Shown: positions 25,891 to 38,766, counted from the first letter of the stretch. The stretch is 64,000 bases of DNA from Antechinus flavipes (GCF_016432865.1 NC_067401.1:348564001-348628000), one strand, 5' to 3'. The notes: generated by a model from the sequence alone, not told the origin. Numbers and translations are program-made.

Positions 25891-28081
25891 CTCACAGCAA
25901 CTTTTTGAGATCGAGATTGCAGGTATAATTATTCTTCACCTCACAGACTCAGAGGTTAAGTGATCTATTCAAAGAACTGATAAAAGATAGAGCTAGGCTT
26001 TGGCCTTAAGCCTTCTGACTCCAACTCACTCTACTTTCCTTTCTATTAGAAAATGTTGTCACTCTAAGCTTTTTCATATCTAGCTTTATTAATCTGAAAA
26101 TTTGAAGAAAGAAAGGCTGAATCCTTTGTTCAACACAGTCATAGTTCTTTTAGTCCTTGGATAGAACTGCATTTAAGATTTCTGCCTTGCCATATAGGCA
26201 TCCTTTCCTAGGAACCTTTCAGTTCCTTGGGTAACATGATGCTATACGAGTTCAAGGGAAGAATCATTTTATTATTTCAAGTATGTATAATACATCATTA
26301 GAAATAGGTAAACCGTATTGACTAGTATAGTGTTCCTTAAATGATCTGTCTTTAGAAATGTAAATATAGGGAGTACAAAGACAAAAATGAAAGCCCCTAC
26401 TCTTAAGGAACTTACACATATATAAGTAAATACAAAATATATACAAATTAAATACAATATAGTTATATTATTAGTTGAGCAACTGGATAGCACTATGGAT
26501 AGAGCTCTGTACTAAACCCAAGGAGTCTTGAATTCAAATTATGCCTTAAATGCTTCCTAGTTTGTCTGATCCCAGGCAGCTCATTTAACTTCTATCATTT
26601 TCTTGTCTATAAAATAGAGGTAATAATAGGACCTGCTTCTTAGAGTTTTTAGGTTGGTTTTATCTTAGGATAAAATGAAGTAACATTTATAAAGTGTTTT
26701 AGAAACCTTAAACTACTATAAAAATAATGCTATTGCTCTTATTGCTGCTATTATTGCTATTTGGGACAGAGGTGTTATAATGAGACTGATTTCAAATTGA
26801 CCTATAAGGTTTCTTGGTATTAAATCTAAATTGCTTGAAAGTCCTAGAAAAATAACATTCTCAATTATTAATATGTACTAGGTATCATGCTAAACAAAAG
26901 GGATACAAATAAAAGGCAAAAACAATTCCTTAAGGTGTTTCATTTTTTCCAGCAAGACTTTCTTTTATAATTAACATAAAGGAAAACTTAAGTCTAGATA
27001 TTAAATTATTGCTTATTTTGTATTAGTGACTCTTAATTGGATTTTTGCCTACCCCTACATGATTTATTGTTTGGCTACTCATGAGGCTGATAGATCTCTT
27101 AAGCTTAGGAGTTGTGAGCTGCTCATTGGACATGAACATAAGTTTGGTGTCCATGTGAGCCTCATTACTTCCAATATGGATAAGATAGACTTAATATTTA
27201 AATGAAAAGACCCAATATTCTTTTTATGAATGTTGGCATCATTTTACTTAAGAAGCAAAAATACAACAACTTTGGATGGTGTCGTGGATTCAGAAGTATT
27301 TTGGTACTTCTTCCTTCATTCTCCAATAAGTTGTGGCTGTTGTAGCTTTGTGATGATTTTTAATGTTGCAGATATACTTTTCATCATCCCCATCATCATG
27401 CTTTGCTTTTGCTTTCCATTCTTATCAGTAATGTCTCCATTAAAGTCCTACTTGGATGCACTATCTTATCCAGAGGTGACCCCCATTCTCAAAAAGAAAA
27501 ACACTGAGAAAATCACTTTACTTTTCTGAACCTTGTTTTCCTCATTTGTAAAATGAAAAATTAGTCTACAAGCCTAGCTCAGGCTCTGAAAAATCCGAAC
27601 CCAATACCTTGAGGTGTCAACCACTTAGTGTACTGCTTCTTGTCCAAAGATCAATCTGGCAGGGTTGAGAGAGCCTCATCCCAAGCTTGGCCTCCGACTG
27701 GTATTTCTGATCACAGCAAGAATGTTTGCAGAGTTTATAGGGGGTTGTGATCGAACCTCAGAGGAGAAAGCACCTCCTACAGCACAATTACAGACCCTTG
27801 AGGCTTGAATTGTTAGTCCAGAAAGAAAGTAGCACTCTAATAATGGTGAAAAGACAAAATAATTTGCCTCTCCTTTAGCAGAGAACTGTGCCTCCCCTAA
27901 ATCTTAGATACAGGTCAGTGAAGAACTGATCATATATCCGGAAGGGAAGAACAGGGAAAGTTAGGGAAAGAGGTGAGACTCCTTTTCCCCAAAAAAGTAT
28001 AAACCTGCCTTGGCTGTGATTGTGATCACAGTGACAAAAATAAAAGAGAAGGTAGTGTTGTAGAGTTAAAAGATTAATGTG

Positions 28082-28624
28082 TGTAGAGGGCCGCAGATAG
28101 TGGAAGAACTCTGAGGTATAAGACCCTTCAGCCCAGAGGAAACCCGCTGACAATATCTGGTTTGGCTCCCCATTTTCCCTTCAGAATTTCTCACCTCCTT
28201 TCCTGAGAAATCAGGGAGGGCATGACCACCTATGTTCTATTTGAAGCAAAGGATACTTAAAACAGGGTGCTTATAATTAGCACTTGCTCAACGTGATGTG
28301 ATGATATAATGATTCTCTAGTCCACATATACTTAATGTGATGTAATGATGTAATCACTCTAGTTGGCATATAGTTAGTGTGATGTAATGATATAATCATA
28401 CTGAGGTATTTAAGGACTGAGAGGATTGGAGACTGAGACAGAGAGAACTCAGGCTCAGAGAGGTACTCAGACTCAGACTCAGACACAAAGGAGATACAGA
28501 AGATGGAGACAGAAATAGAGATTCCTTCTTTGACCATCCTGCTGGCTCTCCTGCCTTCATCACTTCTCCACCTAAGACCAAGGCTTGTCCAGAGATCCTC
28601 CAGAGAGCTAATCTGCACATTACA
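28082..28624 (+). mobile_element. ERV LTR (TG...CA), apparently a 5' LTR
   Basis: Starts TGTAGAGGG and ends CACATTACA. The first ~170 bp are about 80% similar to the LTR at 54200. Immediately followed by a PBS. Confidence 0.85.
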
Positions 28625-28627
28625 TTT

Positions 28628-28645
28628 TGGTGCCCGAACAGGGAC
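28628..28645 (+). other. Retroviral primer-binding site complementary to tRNA-Lys3(UUU)
   Basis: TGGTGCCCGAACAGGGAC is a 17/18 match to the canonical Lys3 PBS TGGCGCCCGAACAGGGAC (the mismatch is CpG to TpG). It lies 3 nt after the LTR-terminal CA. Confidence 0.92.
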
Positions 28646-29387
28646 CCCCAGAAAGATACTATAGATATGAATTTAGTTAAACTAATCTATGTTAAACTTT
28701 TTAATCTGTTTTAGTAAGCTAATCTGTTGTTGCTTCATTCTGGAACCAACTTTGGTGAGGACTGTTGACCTTAATAGTCACTTAATAATATTGAATATTT
28801 GCTAAGCCCCTAGCACTGGGATGGTACAGCATCAAATGGAACTTTGCTGCAGGAACTTGTGTTTTTATCTTTTGTCCCACAGCATCCACTATAGTGAGTG
28901 CATCATTGCCCATAAGTATAGTATTTGTTATGTTGAGTCAAACCACAACATGGGGCAGTAAGTATGGTATTCAGGAAATCTTAAATTCTCAGCTTGTCTT
29001 GGCTGCTTAGCTAATTGTGAAACATTGAGAAAATCATTTCACTTTTTTGGGTCTCATTTTCTTCATGTATAAATTGAAGAGTTAGACTAGATAACTTCAA
29101 AGATCCCTCCTTACTCTACTATTTTGTGAATTTTATATTTTGATAAGTATTATTGGCTATGAAGAAGAAACTGTTAAAGTAGCTTGGTGAATTTAAATGC
29201 ACCAAATTGACAAAATATTCACTCAAGGATTCCCAAAGTATGAAATAATAGCTTTGTTTCTAGAAATATTTCATGTATCTATTTATGGGAGCCTTATTAA
29301 TTTCAAATTTAAGCTTTATATGAATAGTGGAAAGACATAACTTTCTCTTGAAGTAGTTCTCTCCGATGATTTAAAGATTTATTCAAA

Positions 29388-29510
29388 GGGCAGCTAGATG
29401 GCACAGTGGATAGAGCATCCGCCCTATAATTAGAGGGACCTGAGTTCAAATCTTGCCTCAGACAATTGATACTAGATGTATGACCCCTGGGCAAGTCCCT
29501 TAACCTCTCA
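29388..29510 (+). mobile_element. tRNA-derived marsupial SINE (WSINE/MAR1-type head)
   Basis: gggcagctagatggcacagtggatagagc...gacctgagttcaaatc (Pol III A and B boxes). Confidence 0.7.
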
Positions 29511-30494
29511 TAAAGTCTCTCAAAAAGCCTCTCAAAAATTAAAACAAAGCCAAAAGAAATTTAGAAGAAAAAGATTTATTAAATAATTTTCTTCCAGTTA
29601 AACAAATGTACCTCACCCTCTGGGTGATCTTGGGCAAGTCACTTAATCCTGTTTGCCTAAATTTCCTTATCTGTAAAATGAACTGCTGAAGGATATGGCA
29701 GATCACTCCAATATCTTTAGCAAGAAAACCCCATATGATATCATGAAAAAGGAGAAACAACTGAAACTACTGGATATCAACTACAATCTCATTTAAGCAA
29801 CATTAATCTCTGCAAACCCAGGTTAATTCACCATTTTATTTTTTTAAATAACAGCTTTCCAAATACAGTTAATTAAATTTGCAAAAAATGGAATTTATCT
29901 AGTATTATCAGGGATATGACTACTTTATAAAAGCATTAAGCACTTCCTACATACCAGTCACTGTGCTTAGCTCTAAGCATGCAAATACAAGGAAAAAGAA
30001 AAACAGTCCCTATCCTTAAGGAGCTTACATTCTGACAGAAGAAGGCAGTCCACAAAGGAGAACTAAAAAGTGGGGAAAGAAGTACTTACATGGGAGCCTA
30101 GTGTCAAAGTCTAGAAAGTAAGAGGCAGAGTGGGAAAGCCAGTCTGAATCCCTCCACAAAATGGAGGCCACTGGAGGAATTCACCAACAAAACAAGAGGT
30201 CTAGCCTGGTGGACGGGTGTCGCAGGATAAGCAGGCTGTAGGAGTGGGATATTCCAAGTTAAGAAGATCCTCACAGAATAAACTTTACCTATAAATTAAT
30301 TGATGCTAAATGATAAAATCCTCAGGAATTCTCGTGAAGCAGAATTACATTTTAGAGTCCAAATCCATCACTTTTTATTGTGGACACAGACATCATCACA
30401 GCTATTGGACCAAAACAATTTTCATGCAATGTTTACTTGTTGGAATCCTTACTAACAGCTAACTAATTAGAGTTGATCTAATCTTACAAGAAGA

Positions 30495-30941
30495 TGTTTT
30501 GGGCAGAACCTGAAACAAGGTACTAAGTAGAACTAATTAATACAAGGCTTGTGTTCACACCTTTACTCATTGGAGTTCAATGAGTTCACACCTCCCTTGA
30601 AGCTCTTTGGGCCAGAGAGCACCATGGGAGAAAACCCACAATCCCTCTCTTGAAGGAGCATAAATAGAGCTTCAATGGGCCAGTCAAAGAAGTTCTTCAG
30701 AGTGAAGAAGCTACAAGTTGAGATTTCACTGGAATGACATGAAGAGTGGAGCTGGCTGGAGGCTGAAGAAAGCAGAGGCAGAGGCTGAAGGACCAGACCT
30801 TTGGATTTGGCGACATTCGGAGAGAGCTCTTGGAACCAAGCAGAGAGATAGGCCTCTAAGCTAACGGGGCTATATTGGAGATAATAAAAGATCTGAACTT
30901 TTATCACCTGGCTGCGTTTTGAGAAGAAAAAGCTCACCACA
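30495..30941 (+). mobile_element. Probable solo ERV LTR
   Basis: GC-richer island with TATA-like cataaatag (~30660), AATAAA (~30883) and terminal ACCACA. The 5' boundary is uncertain (30495 or 30550) and no TSD was found. Confidence 0.55.
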
Positions 30942-32875
30942 TTTACTCCTGTAAATTTTATCTACTATAATTAACAGGTGAATCATTCAGCCAGAATAGT
31001 TGTTGGCCTTACATTTGGTCTTTTCTGTTACATTTCTATATTGTTGCTCTGTAATGATTTTCTGAAAGAACCCTCATGCAATTTCATGTATATGTATATA
31101 TACATATACATACAGCAATATCTACACACAGGTGAGCTCTTACACATAACATACTCTGGGGAAATTGAAAACTAGGAAAAAGAATGACTGACTTGTTTAA
31201 AGTTTCAGGCTAAACAATCCTTAGAGCTCCAAATATATGATGACAATTTTTTTCATGCTCTTTGCCTGCTAATAAAATTGGAGCTGATTTGATGGCATAA
31301 TAATCATTGTATTCTGCATGACATATATAACCCACTCTCTTAATTTTCCCCTCTCTTCTTTGCTATCCACTTGGGTAAGTTATGAAGATCTATTCTATTG
31401 TGAAGCATTAGATATTTCCTGATGTAGTCATGTTTGGAAAGATCAAGCAAATAATTTCATCTTTTATGGGAAATCCATTATTCTTGTTGACATCATATAA
31501 TTGAAAATACAGTTCTTAGAATATACTTAACTACACAAAATCTATTCTTGCATTTTTTTAAATTGTCATATACTCCCTTTAAAAATGAAAATTTTCAAAA
31601 TTTGACTTTGACAGAGATCATGGATGGAGTTATAATAATTCTTTATGTTTTTGTTGGTATGTGTATAGAATTGCCTAAAATCTGAAATGACAGTATTGTT
31701 TATAAAAATTATTCTTTGTTCCAGAGGAAAGTATACATTTTCAAAGCTCTTTTTTGTCCTATATGAAAAACAGAAGGGGAAAGGGATAGGTGACATAAAT
31801 ATCAATCTGTACCTCAAACTCATTTCACTTCAAAAATCCAGAAACTTGTTTCAGCTATGAAGTGGTACTTATCTCTGTGCTGGACGCATTCGCACTTCTG
31901 CCTTGAGATAAAATTGCCTTCATATTCCACAGTCTTATTCATATAACCAATATCAGACTTTCATATGGAAGTAGTTTGTGGTTGGAAATAGCTTCTATTT
32001 CACAGCATTCTAAAAGCTGCCCAGCACTTTTCATACCAATCAATCAGCAAACATTTATGAAGTCCCTTTTATATGCCAGACTTCAAGAAAACTAAGAATC
32101 TCAGAATAGAAGCAGAATAATCTCTGTCCTAACAGAGCTTATCTTCCAGTGAAGAAGACAAAGCAGATATTAACTAATTTGGTTTTCCCAGAATCCATTT
32201 GAGGTGGCTTGTCCACAATTAAGGAAATAGCCTCAGATAGGCCATATGATCTGCTCAGAGTCACACAGCGAACACACACAGTGAACACCAGCACTAGAAT
32301 ACCAGCTTTTACCCTGACTCCAGGGAGCTTTCTATTATGTCTCACTGGTCTTCATTCTTTGACTACTAATTGCCTGTTGGCATTTAAGTAGTCAAAGGGG
32401 CAGTGTCTGACACTCTGTAAATGCTTATTCTTTTCCCCCTTTTCATCTAATACTCTTCTTTCTTGTGGGACATTGTCAACCACTACTGGCCCCAATTGAC
32501 TGTTCTTTTCCCTGAAACAGCAAAAGTTTTGAGCTAACAAGACTAAACTTGCATGCTTCTTTTTTTCAGAGGAGGTCTGGAGTGAAAAGATGCATCCATG
32601 AAATTAATGTCCTCCCTTTGTAGAATTTGAACACAGCATTCCTTTTATTGAGGTGCTTATAATCACAAAGAAGGACGCTTCCTTATATTCCTTAATGGGC
32701 CATTTTAACACAGAAAAATAAGGCTGTCATTCACAGAGAATTCATCTTGTCTTAAGATACTAAGTATCTTCTGTAATTTGAAGAAAAAAAATTTGCCCTG
32801 ATTGACATATAATTCTTATTCTGAACTAATTTCATTTCACTGTTTTGTAACCAGTTTTTTTCCTCTTTCTTGTAG

Positions 32876-35457
32876 TTACTGGAGCATCTGGAGTACCTGA
32901 AAACAATCCCCCTTGCACCGTGAACATTCCCATTGCTCCTATTCACAGCTCAGCACAAGCTATGTCCCCCACACAGAGCATAGGGTTGGTGCAGTCCCTC
33001 CTTGCAAACCAAAATGTGCAGTTGGATGTCCTAACCAATCAAACAACATCTGTGGGAGCAGCCGACCATGCAAGCGATAGCACTATCCAATACCCAGTCC
33101 CCAACAGGTATTCTAGTCCGGGACAGGTGATTTTTGGAGGAGTAGAAATGGGACGGATGATTCAGGCACCTCCTCAGCTTTCCCTGCCACCACAGGGGGC
33201 AATCCAGCTGTCTATGGGTGATCATGGAGACAGAGAACACGAGCACCTCCAGAAGGCAACAAAGGCCCTAAGGCCAGTACAGCAGTTAGCAGCAGAAGGG
33301 GATGCTGTGGTCTTCAACACTACCCAAGAGATCCAGATGAATAAATTGAACCCGCCACCCCCTTACCCAGGGACTATCCCAGCTGCTCCCACCACCGCAG
33401 CCCCTCCTCCCCCTCTGCCTCCACCTCAGCCTCCTGTGGATGTTTGTTTGAAAAAGGGAGATTTCTCTCTTTTCCCCTCTTCAGGACATTACCAGACCCC
33501 TCTTGGCTATGAGAGGATCACCACCTTTGACAGCAGTGGTAATGTGGAAGAAGTGTGTCGGCCTCGGACTAGGATGCTGTGTGCCCAGAACACTTATACC
33601 CTTCCTGGTCCTGGAAGCTCAGCCACCTTGAGGATCACGGCCACTCAAAAGAAGGCCCCACAGCCCTGTTCCAGTGCGACCCTCAACCGGTTAACTGTTC
33701 CCCGCTACTCCATCCCATCTGGGGACCCGCCCCCTTATCCAGAAATTGCTAACCAGCTGGCACAGGGGCGAGGAGCTGCCCAGAGATTAGACAGCACCCT
33801 TATCCATGCAACTCTGCGCAGAAACAACCGAGAGGTGGCTCAGAAAATGGCTCAACTGGCAGACAGTCAGCGGGCTACCCTGCAGCACCCACCAAAACCC
33901 AAGAGTAGTGTGGTGACCGCCCAGTACCAGCCAAGGCCACCCGCTGCTCTGTACACCTGTAGCCAGTGCAGTGGTAGTGGGGCAAACAGTGGTGGAGGAA
34001 GTGTGGGTGGCGCCAGTGCCAACAGCGGCACCTCCGGCCTCAGTGGCAGTGTGCGGCCTGATCTGAGCTCTGTGGGCAGCTCCCAGCATAGCTCGGTCAT
34101 TGCACACTCAGTCAGCACTTCACCCTTGACCTCCCAGTCTTCATACAATTTGTTGAGCCCACCTGACAACTCTCGTGATCGGACAGACTATGTCAACTCT
34201 GCCTTCACAGAGGATGAGGCCCTATCTCAGCACTGTCAAGTAGAAAAGTCTGTAAGGCATTCAGCACTAGCTGAGGCAACCCTGGGAGTGAAACGACCAC
34301 CCCCTTATCAGTGGGACCCTATGTTGGGAGAGGATATTTGGGTTCCTCAGGAAAGGACAGCACAGAGTTCAGTGCCCAACCCCCTGAAACCTCCGCCTCT
34401 GATGATTGGCCAGGCTCAGCACCTGGATGTGTCCCGAGTGCCCTTTGTTTCCCCCAAGTCTCCAACCAGCCCTACTGCCACTTTCCAGACAGGCTATGGG
34501 ATGGGAGTACCTTTTCCAGGAAGCTATAATAATCCCCCTTTGCAGGGAATGCAGGCTCCCTGCTCCCCTAAAGAAGCCCTGTCCCCCACACAATTTGCAC
34601 AACAGGAGCCCACTGTAGTACTTCAGCCAGGGTACTCATCCAACCTTTCCTATTGCCCCTTGCCACCCATGTACCCAGGAAGCAGCACATGTTCTAGTTT
34701 ACAGCTGCCACCCATTGCCTTGCATCCTTGGAATTCTTACAGTGCGTGCCCACCTGTGCAGAACTCCCAAGGCACTCTTCCTCCCAAATCACACTTGGTT
34801 GTGGAAAAGCCCATTGTATCCCCACCTCCAGCTGAGCACCAAGGCCACCTGGGTACAGAAGTGATGGTGGAGACTGCAGACAATTTCCAGGAAGTCCTTT
34901 CCTTGACAGAAAGTCCTATCCCACAGCGGACAGATAAATTTGGGAAGAAGAATCGTAAGCACCTGGACAGCCGTGCTGAAGAGGGGAATGTCCAGGCCAT
35001 CACAGAGGGCAAGGGGAAAAAGGAGGCCAGGACTCTGAGTGATTTCAACTCCCTCATCTCCAGCCCCCGACTTGGGAGAGAAAAAAAGAAAGTGAAGAGC
35101 CAGAAGGATCAGTTGAAGTCCAAGAAGCTCAATAAGACAAATGAATTTCAGGACAGCTCGGAGAGTGAGCCAGAACTGTTTATCAGTGGGGATGAGCTGA
35201 TGAACCAGAGCCAAGGTAGCAAAAAGGGGTGGAAAACCAAAAGGAGTTTGAGGACAGCCAGTGAGCTGGAAGAATTCAAGTGCCGGAAAGCTACTGAAAA
35301 GGAGGATGGGAGGTTGGGGAGTCAGGGGTTTGTGTATGTGATGGCTAACAAGCAGCCTTTGTGGAATGAGGCAACACAGGTGTACCAACTGGACTTCGGA
35401 GGGCGGGTGACTCAAGAATCAGCAAAAAACTTCCAGATTGAGTTGGAAGGGAGACAG
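32876..35457 (+). CDS. TULP4: TULP4 large coding exon (probably exon 13): Pro/Ser-rich low-complexity region and start of the tubby-like domain
   Basis: Acceptor ttcttgtAG, donor GTAAGA at 35458. 2582 nt, phase 1/0. Contains the 850-aa ORF-track ORF; runs (V)TGASGVPENNPPCTVNIPIAP to NKQPLWNEATQVYQLDFGGRVTQESAKNFQIELEGRQ (tubby-like signature). Confidence 0.97.
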
Positions 35458-38400
35458 GTAAGAATGCTTTAAAAGTGGTAGCTAATTCATTTTGAAAAAC
35501 CACGTGCAGTCCCAGAAATCCTCTTGCCTCACTTTTTAATTTTAATTAACAAAGTTATTTTCTGTCCTTTCTCCCACTACCTACTAAGAAAAAAAGGAAA
35601 AGAAAGAATCCTTATAACCCCAAAGTATAGTTAGGAAAAAAAATTCCTTGTATATACCCCGTTACTTATCTATCAAGAAATTTGTCCTCCCCCCTTTCTT
35701 CTGCTTTACCTTCCTTCCTTTCTTCCTTTCCTCCCTTTCCATCACTCTTTCTCCTAAGTTAGAAATGCAGCAGCCACTCATGGAACCCAATCCATTGTTG
35801 ACTGGTACAAAAACTTTGACCTGCTAATGTAGGCCAACTCCCTTTTCCTTTAGCAATTTCATGGACCCTGTTCCCAGTGGTTCCCTACATCAGTGTAAGA
35901 ACCTGTTCAGCTTTAGCTCTGTTGCAGTTCAGAACTTCTAAGGTCCAGTGATCCATTGGCTTCAGTTTACTTGGTAATACAGATCACAGGCATCTACCAC
36001 ATCTTAGATTCATTTTAAAACAGAAATGTTTTACTTAATAATTTAAAAAAATCCTTATGCATAGTGGCTTAAAAACTAGTATTATAAACTATGAATTCAA
36101 ACTAAATATATAATAATGAAAAATCAGTACATATTTTTATACTAATGTATGCAACAAAAAGGCTTTTGTGTCTTATCTTTAGTAATATTGACCGTTCATA
36201 AAACTTTGTATAAAAGCAAACCCCAAGAATTTTGTTCTACATGCCAATAACTGAACCATTAATTAAATAGGGCACAAAAAAGACTGGCAATATAAGAAAT
36301 TCTATAACTAGTTATCTTTCATCTGGCTTTGACCTTTCCATGCTGACTTTGAATGTGGTCAAACTCAGATGGTCTCTGGCAGTGAGATTTTACTTCAACA
36401 TTCATGAATCTGTATGTTAAACCTCAAATTAAAAAAAAAAATCTTTTCTACCTTTTTACAGCCTTCTTATACAATTAAACTTTTTATATTAGATTCTATA
36501 TTACTAGATTGAAAAAATGAACCTGATTTTTTTGTTTTGTTTCTAGGAAATTCTGTTAAGACCGTTAGCAGACTGATAGAACCTAATGCTGCTTTGAACA
36601 CTGAATGATTCAAAATAGAAAAGTTTTCTTAGATATACCAATAAGCAAAAATGAAAGGTTGAAAAACTATCCATCAGAAATGTATTTTGAGCTTCTGAAA
36701 GTCTCAGCTGCTTTTGTTTTCCCCGTTCAGTTTTCATTTCTGCCCTGCTTTGCACTTTTAGGTTTGAAAAAGGAATAGAAATGCCAATTTATTATAAATG
36801 AGCTACTTCCATCAAAATTTGAAATTTCTTAGATTGATTTTATGTGTCAGGAATTGGATGAGTTCTATTAAAAGTATTTTTTCTTCAAGTGATTTGAATA
36901 TTTCAAGGTTCTTAAACCTTTTCAGTTCCTTGAGGATTAATAATCACATCCCCTCTTGTTGAGCCATATTTTTTGCCATTAAGAATCCTGTTCAAGATTG
37001 AATAAGACAAAAATCATCTTGTATGTCAGTGGGGCTTTTAAAAATTGGGTTGAAAGGATATTGGGCTTTAAGAGACAGTTTTTCACAAAGATTCCTTAAA
37101 ATTTTCACAGCAGGTAATTGTTCCTTGACTGACTGGGAATTACCTTTTAGAGAAAGGAAAATTAACTATGCCCATTAGAAATAAAATTAGCTTATGATAT
37201 TGCCTCTATTGGGGAGGAAACAAAATGGGCATATGATTAATGAGAATCATAGAAATCAAGAGTACAAAGGTTCAGATCTCAACTAACTCATCTATGGCCT
37301 GACTCGGAAAAATCACCTGACTTCTCGGGACCTCTGTTTCTTGATCTCTAAAATACACTTATCCAGGTGACCACTGTTTCTTTCTTGCTCTAAATTCTAT
37401 AATTCTATATGTTGATTTGTTTAGCTTGCAAGTTTCTCAGAAATACTATGAAATTTTCCTAGATATGGAGAGTAGGGAGAGAAGAGAAAGAGACCCCTTT
37501 TCCATATAACTGAATTTTATTATTGTTCAAGTTTAGGGGAAATAAAACCTTAATTGCTACTGTTAAATATTTACTGGTATCTAATTGCTGAATTGAATTT
37601 TTCAATTATTTTTCATATTGCTTTAGGTAATCTACTTCAAATTTTGACTTAATTCATAACTTCCTCCAAATTCTTTTCATTTTTACATAGTCTTTATAAA
37701 AGATTTATAGTAAGAATATCTTTGGTGGAATGTTGACTATTAAGAGTTTCTCTGAACCTATCTTTTTGAATTGCCATATTTTCTAGAGGCACTGGATTCA
37801 TACTTGGACCATGCAGGCAGTCCTCAATGCTTCAAAGATGATTAATGTTTATCCCTTCCTTTTCCCCCTTCCCAGCTGACATAAGTTGTTATTTGCATCA
37901 CAAAATGAATTCCCTGTGAATTGACAGGTACTAATCTGCACCAGGGTTGTGCAACTAGGCCCTTGGTAGATAAGGGAGGCCATCATGTCTGTATGGTCTA
38001 GCAGTTCCCAAGGCTTTTCCATCTTGCCTTGCCTTGTTGCTCTCCTTTTCCAATCTTTACTGTACCTTTCCTCCCCCATGCCAAGCCCTATGAAGTAATG
38101 ATTCTGATATCTCTTCCTTCCTTTGTCGTGCTGTCATAAATATGCAAACTTCTATATAAATTGTGAACTTCTTGGGTTCTATATACATGTTCATTTCTCT
38201 TGTAATAAACCTAGTTTTCATATCAGTTTCATGATATGTGATTGCCTGTTGACAAATGTAAGATCACATTGTAATTGAGCAATTATTATAAACCATTATA
38301 ATTATGATCATGACACAGTTAGGCCTGTTGTTTACTAAAATCTCTTATTCATAGTTCCTGATCCTTCATTTTAAAAGAAAAAAAATGTAATTATTGTAAT

Positions 38401-38649
38401 AGCATGAAGTAGAAACTTGCTAGGGAGTATGAAAAACAATTGCCATGTAAACTTTCATTCTCAATCTTTCATAAGGACAAAGTACTGAATATGTCAAACT
38501 TCAGAAAGTTTTGGTGATAGGGACAACCAGAAAAGCACTCAAGACTAGAACTATCCCCTTCCCTATAGATCACATAATTAGTATATTTAATTTTGAAATC
38601 CTTTTATGTTGAACTCTTTTTTTTTTATTTTGTTTCCTCTTCCCCATAG

Positions 38650-38766
38650 GTAATGCAGTTTGGAAGAATTGATGGCAATGCTTACATTTTGGACTTTCAA
38701 TACCCCTTTTCTGCTGTCCAGGCATTTGCAGTTGCTCTGGCTAATGTGACTCAGCGCCTCAAATGA
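38650..38766 (+). CDS. TULP4: TULP4 last coding exon (probably exon 14): C-terminus of the tubby-like domain
   Basis: Acceptor cttccccatAG. 117 nt. VMQFGRIDGNAYILDFQYPFSAVQAFAVALANVTQRLK followed by TGA. All eight exons sum to 3687 nt in a single frame. Confidence 0.96.
   Translation, partial: VMQFGRIDGNAYILDFQYPFSAVQAFAVALANVTQRLK

Noticed and set aside
27200-27480. Minus-strand DFNG motif suggesting an RTE/CR1 endonuclease fragment
   Set aside because: Too degraded to assign a family with confidence from sequence alone.
33031-35415. Several antisense and alternative-frame ORFs (up to 208 aa at 34789-35415, minus strand) overlapping the large exon
   Set aside because: Expected shadows of a GC-rich, biased coding exon. 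They have no recognisable domain and no promoter or splice support.
35458-35472. ORF-track C-terminus VRML-stop of the 850-aa ORF
   Set aside because: Read-through past a strong GTAAGA donor. The true C-terminus is in the 38650 exon.
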